This document shows, one piece after another, positions 35,415 to 47,899 of a DNA stretch of 62,423 nucleotides. Both the position numbers and the translations under genes were made by a program. The DNA is from Candidatus Latescibacterota bacterium (lineage in GTDB: Bacteria > Latescibacterota > UBA2968 > UBA8231): NCBI GenBank assembly GCA_009691525.1, contig SICG01000002.1:1-62423 (forward strand), given 5' to 3'. The notes beneath the pieces were generated by a model. The model was given only the letters and a program-made list of their open reading frames with translations. It made no database searches and had not been told where the DNA came from. Within the stretch, counting starts at the first letter, position 1. Each line of letters opens with the position of its first letter.

Positions 35415-37715
35415 ATGACCCAGATCTACGACCAGATCCAGTTGGGCGAACTGCTACGCCGGGGTGGTGCCGTGGACAAGGACGGCGTCTACAGCTTCTG
35501 GTTGTGGGCGCCGCAGGGGAGCCAGGCTGGCCTCAACGTCAAAGGCCAGGCCTTCGAGCCCACCCACACCGGCGCCCCGGCGTCCTGGTACTCGTGGGTC
35601 CGGGCCGGACAGGTGGCGCTGAAGCAGGGGCAGGGGTTCCCGGTGGAGTTGCGCATGAACCAGCTCCAGGGCGGCGAGTCGGCCTCCTGCTTCCTAGCGC
35701 TTTCGGCGGAAAACAACTTCGACCCGCGCCGCAGCTTTGAGGTGACGCGGGTGTTCCAGCGCCATCCGGGTCCGGCCCTGGACCAGCGCTGGACAGTGAA
35801 GGACGGAGATACCCCGTGGACCCTGCGCACCTATGCCAGCCGCACCGCTTGGGAGCGGCGGGCTGCCCATATCCGCGAGCGGCTGCTGGTGAGCCTGGGG
35901 CTGTGGCCTCAGCCCGAGCGCACCCCGCTCAAACCCCGGATCTTTGGCCGGCTGGAGCGCGAGGGGTATAGTGTGGAGAAGGTTTGTTTCGAGAGCCTGC
36001 CTGGATTTCTGGTCTGCGGCAATCTCTATAGGCCGGCGGGCAAAGGACCCTTTCCGGGCATCACCTCGCCCCACGGCCACTGGCGGGGGGGCCGGCTGGA
36101 GCACTCGGCCGACTGCTCGATTCCGGGACGCTGCATCAATCTGGCCCGCCAGGGGCACGTGGCTTTTGCCTATGACATGGTCGGGTACCTCGACAGCGAT
36201 CAGCTGCGGCACCGCCGTTTTGGCGGGAAGCGAGAGGAGCTGTGGGGCATCGGCCTGATGGGTCTGCAGCTGTGGAACAGCATACGCAGCGTGGACTTTC
36301 TGCTCTCGGTGGAGGACGTGGACCCCGAGCGCATCGGCTGCACCGGCGCCTCCGGAGGTGCCACCCAGGCCTTTGCGCTGACGGCGGTGGACGAGCGGGT
36401 CAAGGCCTCGGCCCTGGTCAATATGGTCTCAGCCCACATGCAGGGCGGGTGTACCTGCGAGAACCAGGGCCACTTGCGGGTGGAGATGAACAACGTGGAA
36501 GTCGCCGCCTGTATGGCGCCCCGACCCCTGCTGCTGGTCTCGGCCACCGGCGACTGGAGCTGCGACACCCCAGAGGTGGAGTACCAGGCCATCCGCAAGA
36601 TTTACCAGCTCTACGGGGCAGAGGAGCGGGTCAGCGAGCGGCAGTTCGACGCCGGCCACAACTACCACCAGGGCAGCCGCGAGGCCATGTATGCCTTCTT
36701 CGGCAAGTGGTTCCTGGGTGTGGATGACCCGCAGCGCTTCCTGGAAAAGCCCTTTGCAGTGGAAAAGCGCGAGGACCTGCTGGTCTTCGTCGGCCAGCCC
36801 AGACCGGCCCACGCCCTGGATGAGGCCGGGCTGGTCAAAGCCCTGGTCGAGCGCAACGACAAACAATTGCAGGATCTCAAACCCACTGACGGCCCCAGCC
36901 TGACCCGCTTCAAGAAGGCCATGGCCCCGGCCCTGCGCCACGCCCTTTCGGTATCCCAGCCCGCTGCCGAGGAAGTCCAGGCCCTGAACCTGGGCCGCAG
37001 CCGGCGTGCCGCCTGCGTGGTACAGCGTCTGCTGCTGGGCCGCCGGGAACAGGGCGAGCAAATCCCGGCGCTGTGGTTCCTGCCCCGGCCCTTGAAGCCG
37101 GGGACGCCGGCGGTGCTGGTGATCCACCCGCAGGGCAAAGCCGCCCTGGCCGACGAGCGGCGCGGCCAGCCCGGACCCCTGGTGGCCGATCTGTTGGCAC
37201 AGGGGCGCTCGGTGCTGGCCATCGACGCCTTCCTCACCGGGGAGGGCCGGGTCCGGCGCGAGGAATTGGGGCCTCACTTCAGCACCTACAACCAGAGCAC
37301 CACGGCCTGCCGGGTGCAGGATATGCTCACCGCCCTGGCGTATCTAGATTCTCTGGAGGAGGTAGGCGCCGTGGACCTGCTGGGCCTACAGGAAGCCGGA
37401 CCCTGGTGCCTGCTGGCCCGCGCTCTGACGCCGGTCGTGCGGCGGGCGGCCATTGACTTCAACTTCCTGGCTGCCGGCGACGAGCAGGTCTGGGCCGAGC
37501 AATTGTTCGTGCCGGCCATCCGCAGCGCCGGGGACCTGCGCACCGCTCTGGCCCTGGGCGCCCCTGGCCAGTTGCTGGTACACCAGGCCGGCAAGGGTTT
37601 CCCAGAGGACTGGGCCAAGCAGGCGTACCGGGCCGCCGGCCGGGAAGGGCACCTGGTGCTTTCGGGCCGGCGCATGAAGTGGGAGGCGGTGCTGGCGTGG
37701 TTGACGGCGGAGTGA
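35415..37715 (+). CDS. Large alpha/beta-hydrolase protein (acetyl-xylan-esterase-like N-half plus second hydrolase-like half)
   Basis: 766 aa. The N-half has FPGITSPHGHW, GCTGASGGATQ (GxSxG) and a downstream His context (DAGHNY). The C-half (PAVLVIHPQGKAAL...SVLAIDAFLTGEG) resembles a dienelactone-hydrolase-like fold, but I could not find a nucleophile elbow in it. Confidence 0.55.
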   Translation: MTQIYDQIQLGELLRRGGAVDKDGVYSFWLWAPQGSQAGLNVKGQAFEPTHTGAPASWYSWVRAGQVALKQGQGFPVELRMNQLQGGESASCFLALSAENNFDPRRSFEVTRVFQRHPGPALDQRWTVKDGDTPWTLRTYASRTAWERRAAHIRERLLVSLGLWPQPERTPLKPRIFGRLEREGYSVEKVCFESLPGFLVCGNLYRPAGKGPFPGITSPHGHWRGGRLEHSADCSIPGRCINLARQGHVAFAYDMVGYLDSDQLRHRRFGGKREELWGIGLMGLQLWNSIRSVDFLLSVEDVDPERIGCTGASGGATQAFALTAVDERVKASALVNMVSAHMQGGCTCENQGHLRVEMNNVEVAACMAPRPLLLVSATGDWSCDTPEVEYQAIRKIYQLYGAEERVSERQFDAGHNYHQGSREAMYAFFGKWFLGVDDPQRFLEKPFAVEKREDLLVFVGQPRPAHALDEAGLVKALVERNDKQLQDLKPTDGPSLTRFKKAMAPALRHALSVSQPAAEEVQALNLGRSRRAACVVQRLLLGRREQGEQIPALWFLPRPLKPGTPAVLVIHPQGKAALADERRGQPGPLVADLLAQGRSVLAIDAFLTGEGRVRREELGPHFSTYNQSTTACRVQDMLTALAYLDSLEEVGAVDLLGLQEAGPWCLLARALTPVVRRAAIDFNFLAAGDEQVWAEQLFVPAIRSAGDLRTALALGAPGQLLVHQAGKGFPEDWAKQAYRAAGREGHLVLSGRRMKWEAVLAWLTAE

Positions 37716-37737
37716 AGGCACAGCGAGAGAGGAAGAG

Positions 37738-38658
37738 ATGAAAATCGGCGTTGTCGACTTGGATACCTCCCATCCCCAGAACTGGATTCCCATCGAGCGG
37801 GAGCTGGGGCACGAGGTGGTGGGGGTGTGGGATGGGGGCGAGGTACACCCACCCGAGTACGTGCAGGATTTTGCCCAGAAACACCAGCTGCCCAAGGTGT
37901 ATGCCAGCCTCGAAGAAATGGCGGCAGAGGTGGACTGCGCGGTGTTACACAGCTGCAACTGGGACACCCGCATCGAACGCGCGCGGCCCTTTGTGACCGC
38001 CGGCAAGGCCATCCTGTTGGACAAACCCATGGCCGGTAAGCCCGGCGACCTGCGCCAGTTGCTGGAGTGGGAGGCCCAGGGGGTGCGGTTGAGCGGTGGC
38101 TCCTCGCTGCGCTTCTGTTATGAGACCCAGGAGTACCTGGCCAGGCCCGAATCCGAGCGGGGGACACCGCAAACGGTGATCTGCGGCTGCGGGGTGGATG
38201 AGTTCAACTACGGCATCCATGCCTACTCGATGCTGGCGGGGCTGATGGGGGTCGGGGCCCGCAGCGCGCGGCATCTGGGGCAGGGGGGACAGCGCCGGGT
38301 GCAAATCAATTGGGCGGATGGCCGCACCGGGTTGCTGGTGATCGGGGCTGCGGCCCGCTGGCTGCCTTTCCACGCCACGGTGATCAGCGACAGAGAAGTG
38401 AGCCAGTTTCAGGTGGATGCCAGCCGCCTGTACCGGGCCCTGCTCGAAAAGATCCTTCCCTATCTGGAAGGACGCATTGCCGTGCCACCGATTCCACTGC
38501 GCGAGCTAATGGAGCCCGAGATGTGGGCCCTGGCAGCGCGCCGCTCCTGGGAGGAAGGGGACCGCGAGGTGAGTTTGGACGAACTGGGCGAGGGAGGATA
38601 CGATGGGGCGGCCTTTGGCCGCTTCTACCGCGAACAAAAATACGGAAAGGGGAATTAA
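37738..38658 (+). CDS. Gfo/Idh/MocA-family oxidoreductase
   Basis: 306 aa: MKIGVVDLDTSH.. and ILLDKPM. Confidence 0.65.
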   Translation: MKIGVVDLDTSHPQNWIPIERELGHEVVGVWDGGEVHPPEYVQDFAQKHQLPKVYASLEEMAAEVDCAVLHSCNWDTRIERARPFVTAGKAILLDKPMAGKPGDLRQLLEWEAQGVRLSGGSSLRFCYETQEYLARPESERGTPQTVICGCGVDEFNYGIHAYSMLAGLMGVGARSARHLGQGGQRRVQINWADGRTGLLVIGAAARWLPFHATVISDREVSQFQVDASRLYRALLEKILPYLEGRIAVPPIPLRELMEPEMWALAARRSWEEGDREVSLDELGEGGYDGAAFGRFYREQKYGKGN

Positions 38659-38660
38659 AA

Positions 38661-39728
38661 ATGGCAGACAAATACCGGGCAGTCATCGCCGGCTGCGGCA
38701 GCATGTCCCACGGTCACGCCCTCGGGTACCAGAGCATGGAGAACGTCGAGGTAGTGGCCATCGCCGATCCGGTTGCCGAGGCCCGGGCCAACTTTGGCGA
38801 GCGCTACAGGGTCAAGCGGCAGTACGAGGATTTCAGGCAGATGTTGGACGAAGAGCGGCCCGATATCGTCAGTATCGTCACCTGGCATCGCCTGCACGCG
38901 CCCATGACCATCGCTGCCTGCGCCCGGCGACCCAAAGCGGTGCTCTGCGAGAAGCCGATGTCGGTCAGTCTGGGGGACTGCGACGAGATGATCGTGGCCG
39001 CCCGCCGCAACGAGGTCAAGCTGGCCATCGCCCACCAGCGGCGTTTCAATCCGGCCTGGAACGAGGCGCGTAAATTGATCAAAGAAGGGGCCATTGGCCG
39101 GCCCAGGCAGGTGGTGGCCAGGGGCGGGCAGGGCCTGCTCAACGATTGCTCACACCTGCTCGATATGATGCGCTACGTGCAGGGCGATGTGGAAGCCGAT
39201 TGGGTGATGGGCAATGTGGAGCGCAAGACCGACCGCTATGAACGCGATATCCGCATCGAGGACCGCAGCGCCGGGATCATCCACTTCAACAACGGTGCCC
39301 TGGGTCTGATCTTGCAAGAATTGGACGGCCCCAATTACCAGGGCGGAATCTTCTACGGCAGCGAAGGCACCCTCGAATTAGACGAGCAGAAGGTGCGCCT
39401 GCTGAATAGCACGACCGGAAAATGGGAAGAGCGGGTGGTCCAGGGCGAGGACCCCAGCGTGGCCCAGGCCCGCGAACTGGTGGAATGGATCGAGGGCAAG
39501 ACCGAGCACCGGGGCCGCGCTGAAAACGGCCGGGCCGCCGTGGAGATCATCATGGCCATCTACGAGTCAGCTCGTATGCACGAGGTGGTCTCCCTGCCGC
39601 TCAAGACCCGCACCTCACCCATTGATTTGATGGTGGAAAGCGGCGCTCTGCCAGTGGAGCGGCCGGGCCGCTACGATATCCGCGCCTTCCTGCTGCGGGG
39701 CGAGGCGATGAAACCAGGAGAGGTATGA
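38661..39728 (+). CDS. Gfo/Idh/MocA-family oxidoreductase
   Basis: ATG at 38661. YRAVIAGCGSMSHGH, VLCEKPM and the C-terminal alpha/beta domain. Confidence 0.8.
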   Translation: MADKYRAVIAGCGSMSHGHALGYQSMENVEVVAIADPVAEARANFGERYRVKRQYEDFRQMLDEERPDIVSIVTWHRLHAPMTIAACARRPKAVLCEKPMSVSLGDCDEMIVAARRNEVKLAIAHQRRFNPAWNEARKLIKEGAIGRPRQVVARGGQGLLNDCSHLLDMMRYVQGDVEADWVMGNVERKTDRYERDIRIEDRSAGIIHFNNGALGLILQELDGPNYQGGIFYGSEGTLELDEQKVRLLNSTTGKWEERVVQGEDPSVAQARELVEWIEGKTEHRGRAENGRAAVEIIMAIYESARMHEVVSLPLKTRTSPIDLMVESGALPVERPGRYDIRAFLLRGEAMKPGEV

Positions 39729-41572
39729 ATCTTCAGCCCCGCGCTTTCACGCCTTTGCCCCTGGGCAGCATCCGGCCGAGCGGTTGGCTGCGCGATCAGC
39801 TGCGCCTCCAGGCCAATGGCCTGACCGGTCACCTGGACGAATTCTGGCCGGATATTAGGGACAGTGGCTGGATCGGCGGCCAGGCCGAGGGTTGGGAGCG
39901 GGGGCCGTACTGGCTGGATGGGATGATTCCATTGGCCTTTCTGCTGGACGACGAGGGACTCAAGGAGAAAGCGGGCCGCTGGTTCGAGTACATCCTGGCG
40001 CACCAGCACCCCGATGGCTGGCTGGGCCCGGTGCAGGCTGATCGCTACGAGGCGTACGATCCCTGGCCGGTCTTCGTGATGCTCAAGGCCCTGAGCCAGT
40101 ACCACGAGGCCACGGGGGAAGCGCGTTTCCTGCCGGCCATGGAGCGTTTCCTGCGCTGCCTGGACCGCCAACTGGACCAGCGACCGCTCTTTGTGTGGGG
40201 CAAGTCGCGCTGGGCCGACCTGCTACTCAGCGCGCACTGGCTCTACGAGCGCACGGAAGAGGCGTGGCTGCTCAAATTGGGGGAGAAGCTCAAGGCGCAA
40301 GGGTACGACTGGCGCGTCCACTTCGCCGATTTTCGCCATCGCGAAAAGACGCGGCGGGAGGATTGCCAGCAGCCTACGCATGTAGTCAACAACGGCATGG
40401 CCCTCAAACAGCCTGGGGTGTGGTGGCGCCAGTCGGGGGATGAGGGGGATCGCCAGGCCATTTTCCACATGCTGCACATGCTCGACACCTTCCACGGGCA
40501 GGCCACCGGGATCTTCACCGGCGACGAACACTACGCCGGCCTCGACCCCTCCCAGGGCACCGAATTGTGCGCGGTGGTGGAGGCGATGTATTCCCTGGAG
40601 GTGCTGCTCAGCATCGCCGGCACCGCGCGCCTGGGGGACCGCCTAGAGCGCCTGGCCTTCAACGCCCTGCCGGCTTCCTTCAAACCCGACATGTGGGCCC
40701 ACCAGTACGACCAGCAGGCCAACCAGGTGTTGTGTGCCGTGACCCCGGAGCCCATCTGGACCAATAACGGGCCAGATGCCAACCTCTTCGGCCTGGAGCC
40801 CCACTACGGCTGCTGCACCGCCAATATGCACCAGGGCTGGCCGAAGTTTGCGGCGCATCTGTGGATGGTCAGCCCTGACGGAGGGCTGGCCGCTATGAGC
40901 TACGCGCCCTGCAAAGTGCAGCACGGGCCCTCGCAGGTGGAGGTGAAAACGGAGTACCCTTTTGGCGAGACGGTGGAACTGGCGGTGAGCGGCGAGGGCA
41001 GATTTCCCCTCTATCTGCGCATCCCTCGGTGGGCGACTGGTGCTCGGGTCGAGGTGGGGAGCGAGCGTGCCCCGGCCCGGCCAGGGGAGTTCCACAAGGT
41101 GGAGCGGGACTGGAGTGGGACCACGACCGTGCGCCTGGAGCTGCCCATGCACATTGAGGTGACGCGGCGTTATCACCAGAGCGTGTGTATCTCGCGCGGC
41201 CCGCTGGTCTATACGCTGCGGGTGGGGGAGGAGTGGCGCAAATTCAAGGGCGAAGAGCCCCACGCCGATTGGGAGGTGTATCCCACCACCCCCTGGAACT
41301 ACGGGCTGCAGCTGGACCCCGAGGAGCCGGAAGCCGGCATCGTCTTTGAACAGGGCGAGGTGGGGGCGTGCCCCTTTTCGCCTGAGGGGGTGCCGGTGCG
41401 GATGAAGGTGCAGGGCCGGCAGGTGAGCCAGTGGCAGCTGGAACGCAACGCCGCCGGGCCGCTGCCCCAGAGCCCGGTGTCCTCGGTGGAGCTTCTTGAG
41501 GAGCTGGTGCTGATCCCGTACGGGTGTACGAATCTGAGAGTGACGGAGTTTCCATTGCTGGTGGATTCATGA
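39725..41572 (+). CDS. GH127-like (DUF1680, beta-L-arabinofuranosidase family) glycoside hydrolase
   Basis: 615 aa with an ATGA overlap at the start. PLPLGSIRPSGWL, the EGWERGPYWLDG (alpha/alpha)6-like N-region, and the GTELCAV...HYGCCTANMHQGWPKF Cys-rich site. Confidence 0.65.
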   Translation: MNLQPRAFTPLPLGSIRPSGWLRDQLRLQANGLTGHLDEFWPDIRDSGWIGGQAEGWERGPYWLDGMIPLAFLLDDEGLKEKAGRWFEYILAHQHPDGWLGPVQADRYEAYDPWPVFVMLKALSQYHEATGEARFLPAMERFLRCLDRQLDQRPLFVWGKSRWADLLLSAHWLYERTEEAWLLKLGEKLKAQGYDWRVHFADFRHREKTRREDCQQPTHVVNNGMALKQPGVWWRQSGDEGDRQAIFHMLHMLDTFHGQATGIFTGDEHYAGLDPSQGTELCAVVEAMYSLEVLLSIAGTARLGDRLERLAFNALPASFKPDMWAHQYDQQANQVLCAVTPEPIWTNNGPDANLFGLEPHYGCCTANMHQGWPKFAAHLWMVSPDGGLAAMSYAPCKVQHGPSQVEVKTEYPFGETVELAVSGEGRFPLYLRIPRWATGARVEVGSERAPARPGEFHKVERDWSGTTTVRLELPMHIEVTRRYHQSVCISRGPLVYTLRVGEEWRKFKGEEPHADWEVYPTTPWNYGLQLDPEEPEAGIVFEQGEVGACPFSPEGVPVRMKVQGRQVSQWQLERNAAGPLPQSPVSSVELLEELVLIPYGCTNLRVTEFPLLVDS

Positions 41573-41659
41573 ACCATGTATAGCTAAAGGCATGTAGGGC
41601 GGGCCTCTGTGCTCGCCCCCACAACTAAAAATGCAGAGTCAATAATTCAAAGGAGAAGC

Positions 41660-43333
<1,674 letters not shown>

Positions 43334-43336
43334 ACC

Positions 43337-44113
43337 ATGCGCAACCAACTCAAGGCCCTGCTCGCCGAGGGCAAGGTGGCTCTGGGGGGCCAGTTGCGTT
43401 TCGGCTCCCCGGCTATCGCCGAACTTTTTGGTCTGGCCGGGTACGACTGGATCTTGATCGACACCGAACACGCCCCCCAGACCCCGCCTGGGGTGATGGC
43501 CCAGCTGCAAGGGGTGGGCTGCACCCCGGCCACCGCCCTGGTACGGGTGGCCAAAAACGATCCGGACCTAATCAAACTCTACCTGGATATGGGGGCCGCC
43601 GGCATTGTCGCGCCCTTCGTCAACACCCCCGAAGAGGCGAAGGCAGGGGTAGACGCCTGTCGGTACCCGCCCCTGGGCACCCGGGGTTGGGGGCCGGACC
43701 GGGCTGCTGGGTACGGGTTGCGCAGCCAGGAGTACACCGCCTCCAGCGATCGGGAGGTGATGTTCGTACCCATCATCGAGTCGGCCGAGGCCATCGAAAA
43801 TATCGAGGGTATTTTGGGGACCGAAGGGGTGGACAGCTGTATCGTGGGCCCGGTGGATCTCTCCATCTCCCTGGGCACCCCATTCGACTACCAGAGCGGG
43901 CACTTCCAGCAGGCCCTGGACGCGGTGCTGGCGGCGGCGCGGCAGACCGCAAAGCCGGCCGGCGTCGGGGTGTACGGCTCGGTCTTCGAGGCCGGATTGG
44001 CGACGGAATTGGTGGAACGGGGCTTCCGCCTGATCTTGGCCGGGGGGGACGAGTGGATCCTGGGCAGTGGGTGCCGCTTGGTGCTGGACCAGTTGCAGAA
44101 GCTGAGGAGTTGA
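43337..44113 (+). CDS. HpcH/HpaI-family 2-keto-3-deoxy sugar-acid aldolase
   Basis: 258 aa: DWILIDTEHAP, VRV, RYPPLGTRG, PIIESAEA. Confidence 0.8.
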   Translation: MRNQLKALLAEGKVALGGQLRFGSPAIAELFGLAGYDWILIDTEHAPQTPPGVMAQLQGVGCTPATALVRVAKNDPDLIKLYLDMGAAGIVAPFVNTPEEAKAGVDACRYPPLGTRGWGPDRAAGYGLRSQEYTASSDREVMFVPIIESAEAIENIEGILGTEGVDSCIVGPVDLSISLGTPFDYQSGHFQQALDAVLAAARQTAKPAGVGVYGSVFEAGLATELVERGFRLILAGGDEWILGSGCRLVLDQLQKLRS

Positions 44114-44116
44114 AAG

Positions 44117-45088
44117 ATGCGCAGGTTGAAGGTGCTCTTTCTGCCGGTGATGAAGCAGTACCACCTCTGGGGGGAGGATGTGGTCGAACTGGTCAGCCAG
44201 AAACATGATCTGGCGTTGTTCGATCCCCAGCAGCCGCTGGAACCCCAGTTCGCCGGCGTGGAGGTGGTCATCGACCACGGCGGGGCCGTGGGCACCCGGG
44301 CGCTGATGGACGCGGCGCAACAGGCCCAACTGTGGCAGGTGACGACCACTGGCTTCGAACACGTGGATGTGGCTTATCTGAAGGAGCGGGGCATTGCGGT
44401 GGCCCACAGTCCGGGTTTCTTCAGCAGCGCGGCCCTGGCCGAGACGGCGATGATGTTCATGCTGATGCTGAACCGCCGCTACCGCCAGGCCACTGACAAT
44501 TTCCGCCAGGGCCTGCTCTACGAGCCGATGGGCGAGGAACTAGGTGGCAAGGTGCTGGGCATCGCCGGCTTCGGCGCCAGCGGCCAGGAGCTGGCTCGCC
44601 GCGCCCGGGCCTTTGGCATGAAGATCATGGCCATCGATGTGCGTCCCATCGAGCCGGCGGTGCTGGCCGAACTGAAGCCGGATTTTCTGGGGAGTCCCGA
44701 GGACCTGGACCAGGTGGTGGCGCAGAGCGATTTCTTCTCCGTACACCTGCACGTCAACAGCCAGACCCGCCACCTGATCGACGCCCGCCGCCTGGGGCTG
44801 ATGAAGCCCATGGCCTGCCTGATCAACGTGGCGCGCGGGGCCCTGGTGGACGAGCAGGCCCTTTACCTGGCGCTGCAGGAGGGCCGGCTGGGTGGTGCCG
44901 GGCTCGATGTTTTTGCCCGGGAACCCATCGACCCACAAGCTCCGGTATTCCAACTCCCCAATGTCATTGCCACACCGCACACGGCCGGGGTCACCCGCCA
45001 GGTCTCCCGCCGGCGGGCCCAGGGGGCGGCGGAGAACGTGGACCGCGTGGCCCAGGGACTCGAACCTCTGCACCGAATCGACCAGTAA
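44117..45088 (+). CDS. D-isomer-specific 2-hydroxyacid dehydrogenase
   Basis: 323 aa: GIAGFGASGQELARRA, INVARGALVD, ATPHTAG. Confidence 0.85.
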   Translation: MRRLKVLFLPVMKQYHLWGEDVVELVSQKHDLALFDPQQPLEPQFAGVEVVIDHGGAVGTRALMDAAQQAQLWQVTTTGFEHVDVAYLKERGIAVAHSPGFFSSAALAETAMMFMLMLNRRYRQATDNFRQGLLYEPMGEELGGKVLGIAGFGASGQELARRARAFGMKIMAIDVRPIEPAVLAELKPDFLGSPEDLDQVVAQSDFFSVHLHVNSQTRHLIDARRLGLMKPMACLINVARGALVDEQALYLALQEGRLGGAGLDVFAREPIDPQAPVFQLPNVIATPHTAGVTRQVSRRRAQGAAENVDRVAQGLEPLHRIDQ

Positions 45089-45092
45089 GGGT

Positions 45093-46907
<1,815 letters not shown>

Positions 46908-46954
46908 GGGGGACAAAATTAGGCGAGGGAGGCGGGGATTACAAGGCTATCTCC

Positions 46955-46983
46955 TTGACAGTGCGATATTCCACAGGTATCTT
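46955..46983 (+). promoter_or_regulatory. Candidate sigma70-like promoter of the vapBC pair
   Basis: TTGACA (46955-46960), 17-nt spacer, TATCTT (46978-46983), 38 nt upstream of ATG 47022. Confidence 0.4.
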
Positions 46984-47021
46984 GCCGGCAAGAGGGCGAC
47001 CATCTGTCATGGAGAGAAGCG

Positions 47022-47288
47022 ATGAAGATCAGATGGACTATCAAAACGACGGTACCAGAAAGCCATAAGCTGCAGATCGATGTTCCGTCACATACTCCCT
47101 CCGGTCCTACTACCCTGGCGGTGGAGGTTATTTCGGAAGAGGGACGGCCATCCTATGTGACGGCGGAAGAATTGCTGACTTCAGAAATCTGTGGGATGTG
47201 GGAGGATCGCCAGGATATTGAAGACAGCGCTTCTTTTGTAGATCAGCTCCGCCGCGCCGAGGAAGAGCGCCGAGGCCTCCGCAGGTGA
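47022..47288 (+). CDS. vapB: Antitoxin partner of a PIN-domain toxin (VapB-like by position and C-terminal motif)
   Basis: 88 aa. The C-terminus GMWEDRQDIEDSASFVDQLRRAEEER resembles the G.W.DR.D..D...FV..LR tail that I recall in antitoxins paired with PIN toxins. The stop is embedded in GTGA. Confidence 0.5.
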   Translation: MKIRWTIKTTVPESHKLQIDVPSHTPSGPTTLAVEVISEEGRPSYVTAEELLTSEICGMWEDRQDIEDSASFVDQLRRAEEERRGLRR

Positions 47289-47667
47289 AGTCCTCCTCGA
47301 TACCACGATCCTGGTAGATCTGCTCAGGCGCTTCTCTCCTGCTGAAACCTGGCTGCACACCTGCAAGAACTTCCGCTTCTACATATCGGATATCGTCGTC
47401 CTCGAACTGCATGCAGGGTGTCGAAATACTCAGGAAAAGGAGCGGCTCGACCGTTTCTGCAGTCGGTTTGACCCTCTGCACTTGGTGGCAGAAGACACGA
47501 TGCGGGCAGTGGAGATGTTCCGGCGGTTCCGCCTCAGCCACGGGGTTGGCATCCTCGACGTGCTGATCGCGGCGCCGGCAGCCAGATTGGGAATTCCCTT
47601 GCTCTCCTCCAACTTGAAGCACTTCGAGTTTCTTCCCGATATCCGGGTAGAACGCCCCTGTAGTTGA
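47285..47667 (+). CDS. vapC: PIN-domain toxin (VapC-like) with an apparent 1-nt deletion in codon 2
   Basis: The frame open from 47242 reads ..EVLLDTTILVDLLRR...ISDIVVLEL...ILDVLIAAPAARLGIPLLSSNLKHFEF, which is PIN. It has no canonical start before TTG 47482. GTG at 47285 (GTGA overlap) is out of frame by one nucleotide. Confidence 0.6.
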
Positions 47668-47899
47668 CCGGGAAGCCGACAGATGGCGGTCTGGATTCGA
47701 TCCACCGCCACTGGATTGTTGTCGCAGAAATCGCGACTGCACCCGGTCTCCGCTCTCTCCGCCTTCCAGCTATCCTCCCACCCAGAATTCAGAGAAACAG
47801 GGCAGCAGCCCGGATTCTCCCACCTTTATTCAGGGCAGTTCGACTTGGGAGCCGGGGCACAATATATTAGGTGGAAATTCTGCGAAAGGAATTAGGGAT

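Noticed and set aside
47690-47716. Hairpin GGCGGTCTGGATTCGATCCACCGCC downstream of the vapBC islet. Its GGATTCGATCC resembles a tRNA T-loop, hinting at a tRNA 3'-end att remnant.
   Set aside because: A 5-bp T-stem with a 7-nt loop cannot be drawn. No acceptor stem or CCA context fits, and I found no matching direct repeat on the other side of the islet.
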